The translations under genes and the position numbers were made by a program. A stretch of 64,000 nt of DNA, taken from assembly GCA_032718475.1 (NCBI GenBank), contig JAUCBJ010006859.1, positions 10,377 to 74,376 of the forward strand, read 5' to 3'. Numbering within the stretch: the first letter of the stretch is position 1; each line of letters starts with the position of its first letter. The notes beneath the pieces are model-generated. The model was not told where the DNA came from and searched no databases. It saw only the letters and a program-made list of their open reading frames with translations. Origin of the DNA: Nemertoderma westbladi (lineage: Eukaryota; Animalia; Xenacoelomorpha). Shown here piece by piece: positions 52,591-63,200 of the stretch.

Positions 52591-52867
52591 GGCTTAACGA
52601 GTCTAAAAGATTCTCCCATTCATTAATTTCATGAAATTCGTGAATTTGAATTGCGAATTAGTTTTGGGTCACCTCTCACCTCTTTTTTCCTCAATTGAGG
52701 AGACAGACAGACAGACAGACAGACAATTATTGTAAAACGATGCAAAATACTACATATACAACATCAAAAAGTAAATAATTTCACATAAACAATGATATAT
52801 TAATATTGCAATAATTTTGACATTCAAATTGTAAACATTAAACTAAATAATATCCTCACGTTCGTTC

Positions 52868-55310
52868 TGTACCAAGGCGAAGTCTAGGTACAAAGTGTAC
52901 TATACTGTACTATACAAAATGTACTGTACTCTAGTGTACGAAGTATAGGTACAAAGTGTACTATACTGTACTATACAAAATGTACTGTACTCTAGTGTAC
53001 GAAGGCTAGTTTTGCTATCAGAGCTTTATTGTCAGTCTCTCTCAGTGGCAGTAATAAAATATTTCTGCAGTATACTTGATAAACAACCGCGACCTCTATA
53101 CTAACAGCAGAACTGTTGAACAGACCAATACCCGTTAATATCCTTCTGTCAACCTAATGAGCTCTCGCCTAACCAATAAGACACAAAGAATGCTCTACTG
53201 TTAAGTAAAGGGGATCAGGAGCGTGATATTACTAAATTGTAAAGGTGGCTAAATACAAAACCGCTACTTACCGTTGGATGGCGCTAATCTGCCGTCCGCT
53301 AATATATTTTACTAATTTTACACAACTCCTGCAAAATCGCTTGTTCCTTTCTCTACCGATCGCTCGATAGAGAGCTAACTGTTCGAATCTATGAGCCACG
53401 CGGGAATAACCAAAACAATAAACCCGAGTCGGCTCCCTAAGCTTACTTAAGACGAGTGCGAGAGGCCTTGCACTCAGAGTATTCTTACGCCTAATTCTAT
53501 CACTATTAAAACACGCTATTGTCTACGTCTTTCTAATCGCGAATACTGGAGGTTCCCTAACGTAATGTGTGAATGCGAGAATATTTAAAATAATCAAAAT
53601 GATACAGTAATTGTTTTTACGTGGATAGTACCACTCTGGGTCTAAACTTGCCTGCGGCTGGCTTTAGGCCAGCAAATTACTAGCGTATCGTGCGTACCGA
53701 ATAGTGCGATCTAGCTGATTGCCCGCTAGTGCAAATAACCGCTCAGCGTGAATAGTTTACAGTACTCTAATTATTACCTTAGCTACTCTCCGCTATGCTG
53801 CGTACTAATTCTTAATTTTTACTAATCAATTACAGTCACAAATATTTAACAGCGTACTAATTACTAAGAGTTCCAGAATACGTAATTCTAATTTATTACG
53901 CAACAGGTTTCGCTAGTAATAGCCTAAATTGCCGTATTACTTTGACCTAATCAGTAACTAATTATTGTAACTAAGAAATAGAAATCAATCAAAAGAAAAG
54001 GGCGCCTACCTAAACATTCATAATCATAGGCACACTTCAATAACACACCAATCAGCGTCAGAAATCACAGTTCGCAATTATGCAGTTAACTACTGTATAG
54101 CCCACAATTATGCGATTCACTACTCGTACTCTACACTCAACGTTGTAATACGCGCAGGCCTCTCCCGGATACATCTAGGATTCCTAACTAACCCGATTCC
54201 TGCCCCCCTAATACTAAATAGAGATAAAACCTGGATCATCAGCCCCCTAGTTACTGTATCGGCGAATGGTCTGCGTGTTACAGTGCAAGATACCCGCCCG
54301 CAACGGTGACCCTAGCCAGCGTTGCCCGCTTTGAATCCTCCGCTCTCTCCTAGTCGCTCAACCCCCCGATGTGCCCACCGCCCACTGGCACCTTAGCCCT
54401 CCATTATGCTAATAGCTACCGTAGCGGCGCATGCAAATCACAAAGTCTGACAGTCTCAGAAATCCCTTAGGATTATTGCGCAGAAAGGAATCACATAGAA
54501 CCATTAATCAAAAGTAGAAATCATAGTTCAGTTGTAATTAGCAGTAATCGAAGGAATTAATTGAGAAACACAATCGAGAGTAATCGCACTAGCAAATCAT
54601 TCCAAGAAATTAATCAAAATTAGCAAATTGCAGAAAATACGCTAAAATATCCGTCAAAATTGAATAGAGACAGCTCAACAAGTACAAAGGTGATAGCAGA
54701 TCATGTGAGGTGTCATGTGAGGCTCTACCGGCACACCGCCAATTTATAGGTGATCCGGATGGGGTGATGCAATAGGGTGACTCAATCGCTCTCCTATTGG
54801 CTCTCCAGTCCGTGCTAGCATTAGACCAACCTGGAAGCAGTTAGTCCAATAAGGAGGCCGGATTGTAGCCCTATCGCTTGCCCAAACCTCAAATTATTAC
54901 CATATATGGTAATGGTTCACGTCCCTGGCTGCTGAATGGCCAGGACAGCGTCCCTATATGCTAGCCCTATCGATGCTAATATCAGCAAGCACAAAATCCA
55001 GGGTCCGAATAAACTCGCTACCCTGGAACTATCTACATATATCCTAATACAAAATTACGTAGGTAGGGCTACATACTATACAAAATGGATGGATTCAAAT
55101 ATATGGGTGTTTCGATTTCCCTATCTAAATACCACTGCGTTATTATGCCTTATCTAAAATATCATGCTGCACAATGGACTAATATTACGTACAGTATAAC
55201 GGACTAATATTGCATACTGCATAACGGACTAATATTGCATACAGTATAACGACTAATAATGTGGATACAGCGCCATATACCGTAACACCGCTCCAAGGGA
55301 AATCATACAA
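52868..55310 (-). mobile_element. Probable 3' LTR / 3' non-coding region of the BEL/Pao element (boundaries unresolved)
   Basis: Non-coding region downstream of the element ORFs. Minus-strand CCAAT (about 54796-54800), TATAAA (about 54742-54747) and AATAAA (53025-53030), a candidate TGT terminus at 52868, and a 61-bp tandem duplication at 52878-53004. The 5' LTR is outside the window, so this cannot be confirmed. Confidence 0.4.
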
Positions 55311-55783
55311 TGTTTCCCTCCAATTGTAGAAGAGTATAAGGTGATGTATACAAAACAAAATAAATTTCTTCCAACCAATCTAAACACTTGATACTATAAA
55401 TCCTACTATTTACAAATATTGCTATAGATATTGCATAATGAATTACATACAAATTAAATTTACAAAAATATTATCTCTCTCATTGTTTAACGATTATTAC
55501 ATACAAATTAAATTTACAAAATATTGTTTCTCGTTCATTCTTACTACATAATGATTACTACATACAAAATCAAATATAAAAATTGGCTAGGGCAAGTGAA
55601 AGGAGTAAGCCAAACCCGCAGGTTTGTCTCCCCAATCACTTCCTTCGCCTCTCTCATAATATAAATTCCAAAATAACTCAACTAGTGTATATGAGTCTAG
55701 TCGAAGAATTCCAAATGCTACAATATACATCAGAGCGACGATGATGTATATATCTAGAGTCTGTCGCCCTGTGCTATAATGTA

Positions 55784-58700
55784 TTATCGACCCGCTCCTG
55801 GGTTCTTTGGGCTCGCTCCTCTCTTTCGCCCTCTTCCCAGATACACTAATCTACCTCCAGTCGACTCCATTGACGGCGTCCGTGAGGCGTCACTCCCCGG
55901 AACCGGCGACGACGTTCCCTGAGCCCCGACAGACTCCCGGCTTGTGCTTCTTCCTCGGCCTCGTCCCAATTGTCGCGCTCCCGTGGTCGCTTCCGCCAAC
56001 TCTTCCTTATGCAGTTGCACTCGCGCCTTCTCCGACGCCCCCTGCGCCTTGCGCTGCAACCTCTGTGCTTCTATAATAGAGTGGTAGTGGTCGTCCTTGA
56101 CTTGACGCTTGTCTTGGACCCCTCCTCCTGGTTCTTTCCGCGAGCTTTGAGCTCCAGCGGTCGTCGCTGTGGTCGCTGCGATCCTTTGCTCCTGTATCCT
56201 CTCAGCGGTCAATGAACCCACTGGCACATGAGTCAACAAGAATTCGTTGCGGTATTGTATAGCCGCCATCCTCCAATCACCTCGCGCGCGTACCACTTTT
56301 CTAGTCTCCGTAAATACACCCTTCGTGATGCGATCGCAAATAGCAACGAAGTTCCATGTGTACTTATTGTCCATGTTCAATTGTCTGAAGTATTCTCGGA
56401 CTACGATAACTCCAGTGTTCTGTGGAAGGTCTTGAGCAGTTAGGATGAGCTCCTGATATTGTGGTAGCGATTGTAGATATGGCTCGTACGCAACATGCGA
56501 TGGGTCTACCGCCCAAAACCCATATCCCGCTTTAAATGGTAACCAACGCATCTGCGCTTGAATATGGTAATCAGCCACACCCTCCCACTTATCTAACATC
56601 TCCCGAAGTAGGTTAGCGCTATGGTTTTGAAAGGAATCATCTCGCAGCTGACATCTCGCGCTACGATGTCCCTTTACCCAACAATATCCACATTGAGAAA
56701 TGAAGACGGTGCACGTGTGAAACGAATGGTCGGTCTCATTACACCAACGACAGACCTTATGCGCCGCCTCTACTACCGCGTCGCACGACTTTAGATTGTG
56801 CCTTGTGCTGCCGCACAATTTGCACCTACGCGCTTGTGGAAACCAGGCCCTCTCGTATATGAGGTCTCCAATCGGTTTCGCACTTCCTTCCTTCCCAATG
56901 TCTAATACGATGTCGTCCTCTCCGGTCAACGGTTGTCGATCCGGAACAAAGTAAACATCCTCGCCCTTGTCCTCTATCTCCAATATTTCCTCCCGCGTTC
57001 GTTTCGGATATGTCTTCTCCACCGGAAGATCTACTCCGAACACCTCTACTAACGTCTCCGGCCAGCCCTCCTTAACAGGTCTATCAGCCTCCGAGTGGAA
57101 GGGAGTACCAAACCCGCGGGTTTGATTCCCGAACCACTTCTCCAAAGCTTCTGGCGTCGGATACTCCATCGACGGTCGGTCTCCCAAATCTCCGATGTTC
57201 TGTTGATATACTCCTTCGAATATCGCTAATCCTCTCCTAACCATCGACGTATTCTCTAACGATTGGTTGAAGAACGGGGTTAAGAAACGCTTCATCACGT
57301 CGGATTGGATTCCCCCTTTCGAGCGAACGTATTGATCTCCTCCGAATACCAATGGATGACGCTTCAAAACTCGCGCAACGATATCCGCTAATAAACAAGT
57401 CACCGTGTTCGACTCAAGCACCAAATAATATTGTAGCAACGCACGGGGTGGCGCGCAAATGTTCCAATACACTAATGCTTGCCGCTTGAAGTGGGATTTG
57501 AACTCCGCTCCCGGTGGCGTGTTGTATTCACCATACGCCTCCTCGTACTTCTTCTGCGTCTTTAACTTAAAGTCCCAATTATACAACAAGTGTGCTATAA
57601 AGCCCATACCAGTCTTGGCAGAGTTGGGATACTCCCTATAAATTCCAATATCCTGTGCCCATAGCAACAATAGCTTGGTGTCGACAAACGGTCTCGGCAA
57701 TCTATCTTCCAGATCAGTCATGGCGTTGAAGTCACTCTCCAAATCGCTCTGGACTCCCGATCCCACCTTGACGTAATCTTGGTTGAGAATAGCCTCTCTA
57801 ACTTTCTTGGGTAACATCCTGGCGTCGATACGCTCCGCTCCGTGCATACCTCCTCGCCTGCATACCTCCAAAATCTGTTCCCTAGGATCCTTCCCCTTCC
57901 GATATTGTGTCGTTATGATGGGCTCCGGTCTCTCTCGATCCGCCCTCACACGCATAAACACATGAGTCACACCATCGGCCGCACGAATTTGAATACACTT
58001 GCTGGTCAAACATTCCTGATGGGACCCTCCTTCATTGTCGTAGAACATCACCCTCCAATCCTGCAGTGATTCCTCCGTTTTCCTCCACTGACGCTGAATC
58101 TCGTCTGATGGGGTCCACATGCGCTCGATAGCCTTGTGGTCATCATATCGGGTATAAGAACCCTTCCTCCTCAGCCACGTCTGGTCTACCTCCTCGTCAT
58201 CTGGGAATGTAGCCACCGCGACCCATACCTTGATGTACTTATCCAACCATCCGAATAGCTTACTCTCCTTCCCCGGAGCTCCAATCTTATCCAACGTGTC
58301 GTAATCTGTGATCTGCATTGGGACATCACGCAAGAACTTCGCGCATAAAACTTCCCGTAGACAGTCAACGTTCCAATGGTCCGCCATTCTTACCATCGGC
58401 AAGAATCGTATCGCTTCTCGCGACTCCGGATGATCTACTAATATCGCAGGTTCGGTGCCGTCGGAATAATACACCGGTCCGGGTTGAGATACGACCTGTG
58501 GAACAAATCCGGTCACTCTCCTCGTCTCCTCTTGATGTCTATCCGCGGTCTTATTATACTCCGCTATCCTGTTCTCAAATAACTCTTTCGCCTTCGCCGC
58601 TCGCTCCTCCTGCCGCAACGCGTCTATGTCGTCCTGATGCTCAGGCGTGAGGCTTCTCACTCGGTGAGGTGAAGTAAACGCAGTCCAGGGACTCGAGAGC

Positions 58701-59491
58701 TCCAAACCCGCGGGTTTGGTACCCGAGTCCCGCGCCGCTTCGCGCCGCGCCTCTAGATCCTTGTAGGCTCGGTACAGCGAAATGGCCGCTGCCGTCTCTA
58801 TCAAACTGGGTGTCGAACAGGGTTTAATCTCCGTATACGGATCCAATGTCGTAACGGTCGGCGTAATGGGTCTCGGAGGTCGCTTTCCGCTGAAGTCGAT
58901 ACTGATCATCGGGTTGCTCATCGGGTAACCTCCCTCGTTGTATCTAAGGAATTGGTGAGCTGGACATCGCGTTAATATCGGTTCCGGATGTTGCTCGTCT
59001 AATCGGTCGGGAATCGCCACGTCTTGTTTATTCATGCATTCACCACACTTGTAGAAGAGCTTGTATACGCTGAAGACTTTCGGCGTCTCCTGATCCTCGC
59101 CTCGAGTCCTCCGGTACAGATGCATTCCGTCAAACTGATCTCGGACTGCAGGTAGAGGCTCCTCGTGTCGTAAATACATATTCATATGGTATAGTCGTGC
59201 GATTTCCTCGTCCGGATCTGCGCTAATGTCACATACGTCCAAAGCGAAGTCGTAGGGATACCGCGTGCGATACTCTCTCCGCAAAACTTCCATCCGGTCC
59301 CCCAACGCTCTCATTCTTTCCCTCCGTAATTCTTTATCATAACTCGGCTTGTATTTCCCATTTAGCTCCATCACGGACCGCCCATGGTAGTAAACGTTAG
59401 AGTCTTTACATCCTGGTCGCGCGAATGGTAGCTCCGCCTCCTCTCTGGCAGTAAATCCTCTGCGCGGTTGCGCTCTAATATCCCTCTCCAT
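55784..59491 (-). CDS. 1235-aa accessory ORF of the BEL/Pao element: DEDDy-like (WRN/EXD2/RNase D-type) 3'-5' exonuclease plus three CCHC zinc knuckles
   Basis: Intact ATG-initiated ORF. Motifs VMFYDNEG (ExoI), CIQI, LPKKVREAILNQDYVKVGSGVQSD (ExoII), FVDT, GMGFIAHLL and W...LLQYYLVLE (ExoIII-like). Knuckles CKLCGSTRHNLKSC, CRWCNETDHSFHTC and CGYCWVKGHRSARC. Basic RG-rich tail. Confidence 0.8.
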   Translation of the reverse strand: MERDIRAQPRRGFTAREEAELPFARPGCKDSNVYYHGRSVMELNGKYKPSYDKELRRERMRALGDRMEVLRREYRTRYPYDFALDVCDISADPDEEIARLYHMNMYLRHEEPLPAVRDQFDGMHLYRRTRGEDQETPKVFSVYKLFYKCGECMNKQDVAIPDRLDEQHPEPILTRCPAHQFLRYNEGGYPMSNPMISIDFSGKRPPRPITPTVTTLDPYTEIKPCSTPSLIETAAAISLYRAYKDLEARREAARDSGTKPAGLELSSPWTAFTSPHRVRSLTPEHQDDIDALRQEERAAKAKELFENRIAEYNKTADRHQEETRRVTGFVPQVVSQPGPVYYSDGTEPAILVDHPESREAIRFLPMVRMADHWNVDCLREVLCAKFLRDVPMQITDYDTLDKIGAPGKESKLFGWLDKYIKVWVAVATFPDDEEVDQTWLRRKGSYTRYDDHKAIERMWTPSDEIQRQWRKTEESLQDWRVMFYDNEGGSHQECLTSKCIQIRAADGVTHVFMRVRADRERPEPIITTQYRKGKDPREQILEVCRRGGMHGAERIDARMLPKKVREAILNQDYVKVGSGVQSDLESDFNAMTDLEDRLPRPFVDTKLLLLWAQDIGIYREYPNSAKTGMGFIAHLLYNWDFKLKTQKKYEEAYGEYNTPPGAEFKSHFKRQALVYWNICAPPRALLQYYLVLESNTVTCLLADIVARVLKRHPLVFGGDQYVRSKGGIQSDVMKRFLTPFFNQSLENTSMVRRGLAIFEGVYQQNIGDLGDRPSMEYPTPEALEKWFGNQTRGFGTPFHSEADRPVKEGWPETLVEVFGVDLPVEKTYPKRTREEILEIEDKGEDVYFVPDRQPLTGEDDIVLDIGKEGSAKPIGDLIYERAWFPQARRCKLCGSTRHNLKSCDAVVEAAHKVCRWCNETDHSFHTCTVFISQCGYCWVKGHRSARCQLRDDSFQNHSANLLREMLDKWEGVADYHIQAQMRWLPFKAGYGFWAVDPSHVAYEPYLQSLPQYQELILTAQDLPQNTGVIVVREYFRQLNMDNKYTWNFVAICDRITKGVFTETRKVVRARGDWRMAAIQYRNEFLLTHVPVGSLTAERIQEQRIAATTATTAGAQSSRKEPGGGVQDKRQVKDDHYHSIIEAQRLQRKAQGASEKARVQLHKEELAEATTGARQLGRGRGRSTSRESVGAQGTSSPVPGSDASRTPSMESTGGRLVYLGRGRKRGASPKNPGAGR

Positions 59492-60253
59492 TATGCCTCG
59501 CGTATATACATATATATATATCCCAATAAGTGTCGTTACGTAACCAATTACACTGTGGGTAAATCAGTTAGATGTCGCCGAAGGACAGAACTCCCGAACC
59601 CCCCCCCCCACCTTCCAGCAGTTCAGGTTCGACTCTCTAGATTCCGTCTCTTCCTAACTAACTATCCTCTAACCTATTCCCATGCATAGCGCAAAAACTT
59701 TGGAGATAAACTGGCCGTGACCAACTCACTTTTTGATGCCCAAACTACTCCCATTACTCGTACTAAACTACAGTAGTTAGAAAGGACCATAGCCACAATA
59801 CTCGACTATACCAAACCCACAGGTTTGATAATCGAACATCACACATCCTGCAAACTACTGAGTGGGGTCCATGTACGCCTCTGGTGCTACTAACCTTTAG
59901 CACCTTAGTTGCACTGTTGGCACCAATCTGTGGAAGTTGCTAAACTCAATTTACACTCCTACGTAATATAGCCGTCACCATGGTTTCTAAATGCTATTTT
60001 CCTGGCTTCACGACTTTTCAAATTACTGTTTATCTATAGACGAATTCTAAAACGCGTCTATACACAGCATCTGGAATTGTCTTGGGTTCACTTCTAATTT
60101 TTTAAAATTTTAAATTTTTCAAAATTTTTGAAAATAAAATTTTGTTTTGATACCCACTAGACAAAACTCAACGCAAATCACCACAACCCCGCTCCTATGC
60201 ATTTCCTTGTATTTGCATACGAGGAATGCATACGAAGTGAGTTGCGTCCAACA

Positions 60254-63200
60254 CTAATTCTGTTTTGAGGCAGGAGACAAATTATAATCTCCCGTCTCGA
60301 TACGTGTCTCCTCTAATAACACAATATCTTGGACCGGTCGGTCCAAGGTGTGTAAACCATTAGTTTTACACTTTTTTGGGTGCGGACACTTGCACCTAAT
60401 TTTCACAGTGACTGTGCGCACTATGTTTTGCACGTCTGGGTGTGTGTGCAAGATCACTCCTGTCTCCCAATACTTTCTCTTGACAATCGGCTCGGTTATC
60501 AGTACGTAATCTCCCCTTTGGAGACTCCGAACCGTTTTGTACCACTTTGTTCTGGTGGATATGGTGGGAAGATAGTATTCCCGCCAATATTCCCAGAATG
60601 TGTACGCGACTAATTGAGTCATTTTCCAGCTCTTACGACTATATAGGTCGGCACTAACGGGTTCTGATGCCGGCACAAGAAATGCTGGACTCTGCATTAG
60701 CAAATGATTCGGCGTTAATGCAACACCGTCTGGCAACATAGCTATCGGCCTCGAGTTTAGGGTATGCTCGATTTCAATGAAAGCTGTGACCAGTTCGTCG
60801 TCGGTAAGTTGTTTGTTTACAGGCAACGTCTTAGCAATGGCCTGCTTCACAGAGCGAACTAAACACTCCCAACTTCCTCCTCTCCAAGGACTTTCTGGAG
60901 TATTAAATCTCCACTCTACTCTTTGCGGCAAAAGTGCTGCAGAAATTTCCTTATTCTGTGCCGCTTTATGAGCCGCGTTCAACTCGCTATTCCCTCCGAC
61001 AAAGTTTGTACCCTTATCGGAGTAGAACGCCTTTACTAGTCCTCTCCTGGCCATAAATCTCTTTAAGGCCAGGAGCAGAGATTTGGTCGACATGTCTGCC
61101 ACACGCTCAATGTGTATGGCTCTACTAGCCATGCATGTCAGTAGCAGACCCCATCGCTTGTGGGTCAGCCGTCCACTCTTTGCTTCAATCGGACCAAAAC
61201 AATCCACCCCTGTGTTCGTAAAGGGTGGGTCATATGCCTGCACTCTCGCTTCCGGGAGTTCAGCCATCTCCTGTTCCAATACTCTGGCGTTCACCCTCTT
61301 GCAAACCAGACAGGCGTCATACATAGTGCCGACTGCCCTGCTTGGCTGCAATAGAATGAATCGCTGTCTCGCTGCCGACAGACAGTGTAACTTTCCCGCG
61401 TGATGCAACCTCTTGTGTATATCCCATAGAATCGCTCTTTGCAATTCTATCGGGTAACTAGGGATTATCACTGGGAACCGAAACTGTGAGTTTATGTCGA
61501 CAGTCTGGATTCTCGATCTATGACAAATCAAACCCTTATGGATTAATGGACTCCATTTTCTAAGGGGTTTATAGAGAACTGGTCGTTGAGCCGATAATAG
61601 ATGGAATTCTTTCGGGAAGGCACACATTTGATAATGTTTCAAATGCTTTAATTCCGCTTGATCAATCTCATCCTCTGTCAGAGGTTGTTTCAATTTCCGA
61701 ATTCGCTCACTATTGGTGCTCAATGGTTCTCTCAAATGTTTCGAATGTTTTATACAAAGGTACAAAATGTATCGGCTTAACCACGCAGTGCTTTTACAAA
61801 TTGTCAGCCAAGAGGCAGACGAATTTAGTAATTTGTCATAAATACTACATGGCTCTAATGCCAGCGACGGTTGTCCGCTAATTAATGGAAGTTTCGAATC
61901 CAAACCCGCAGGTTTGGAAACCAAAGACTCCATTGTGTCGGTCATTTTCTGTCCGTCACTTACCAATTGTGACTCCGGTTTAGTCTGTAAGGGTGGTTTT
62001 ACGTCGTAACTTACCCTTCCGGATCTAGTAGTCACGTAAGTCTGTTGGTCTGACAGGTCTCCGGGCCGCTCCAATGACTCTTCAGGCCGCTCCAATGACT
62101 CTTCAGGCCGCTCCAATGACTCTTCAGGCCGCTCCAATGACTCTTCAGGCCGCTCCAATGACTCTTCAGGCCGCTCCAATGACTCTTCAGGCCGCTCCAA
62201 TGACTCTTCAGGCCGCTCCAATGACTTGAGTTTGGCTTTAGAGTTCGACTTAGAGACTTTCTCCACCTTGACTTCTGCATCTTCAGGCATCGGATTGGTC
62301 ACAATCTTTAGTCGCTCTGGCCAATGTTCCTGTGTCCTTGTTAGAAAATCAGGTCCATGCAACCAAAACTCCTGCGACTCTTCCTGACAGAATTCCGCCG
62401 GCATTGCACCTCTCGAAGTTATGTCGGCCGGGTTCAACACTCCCGGACAATGTCTCCATTGTTCCTTCGTCTAAAAATCAACGATCTGAGCGCGTCTATT
62501 GGCCACAAATGTCTTTAGTGCAATATTGTCGGCCGCAATGTATACTAACACCAAGGATGCGTCCGTCCAATAGAATAAGGTCAATGTCGTGTCTAACTCC
62601 TCAGTTATTTGCTTACTTACCTCGACTGAAACTACAGCCGCCTGTAACTCTGCACGAGGGACAGTCATGTATTTGACCGGCATTGTCTTTGATCTAGAAG
62701 TCACAAAGGCCGTCTCAAACTTGTCCTGACTTACCTCTCGGCGAAGGTAGGCTACCATACCAAAGCCGGTGTCACTTGCGTCACTGAACAAATGCAGTTC
62801 GAGATCAGCTGGAAATACCAGCTGATTCGGAAAGTAGGAACGGGGTACGTCTATGTTTTTCAATAGATGTAACTCGGCTTCCCACTCCCTCCACTGCTTT
62901 GCATGTATAGGAGATATTGGTTCGTCCCACTCTAAGTCGGACAACCAAATTTTCCTCATGCACGCTCGTGCCTGTAATATAACCGGACTGATAAAATTCA
63001 TCGGGTCAAATAGTCTACTTAATGTCGATAAGCAAATCCTCTTTGTCAAAACTTTGTCTGGGCTACTGGGCTCAAATCTAACTCTTACCTGGAATTTATC
63101 TGAGTTCGGGTTCCAAGCGAGTCCCAGTACTCGCGCCATGGGGATTGGTTCTACCCCCAATTCTATGTCTCCGCTCCCGCGATCTTTCACCGGGAATGAC

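Noticed and set aside
50877-52597. (LELDCFIYFI)n and (VYCGRSPMVVNRHSFRKQSGR)n ORFs
   Set aside because: Unit lengths of 30 and 63 are multiples of three, so the frames stay open by chance. No flanking gene structure.
55784-59491. Accessory ORF as an env gene or a misplaced gag
   Set aside because: No signal peptide, fusion or TM segment is evident. It lies 3' of integrase, and the knuckles follow an exonuclease-like domain rather than a capsid domain.
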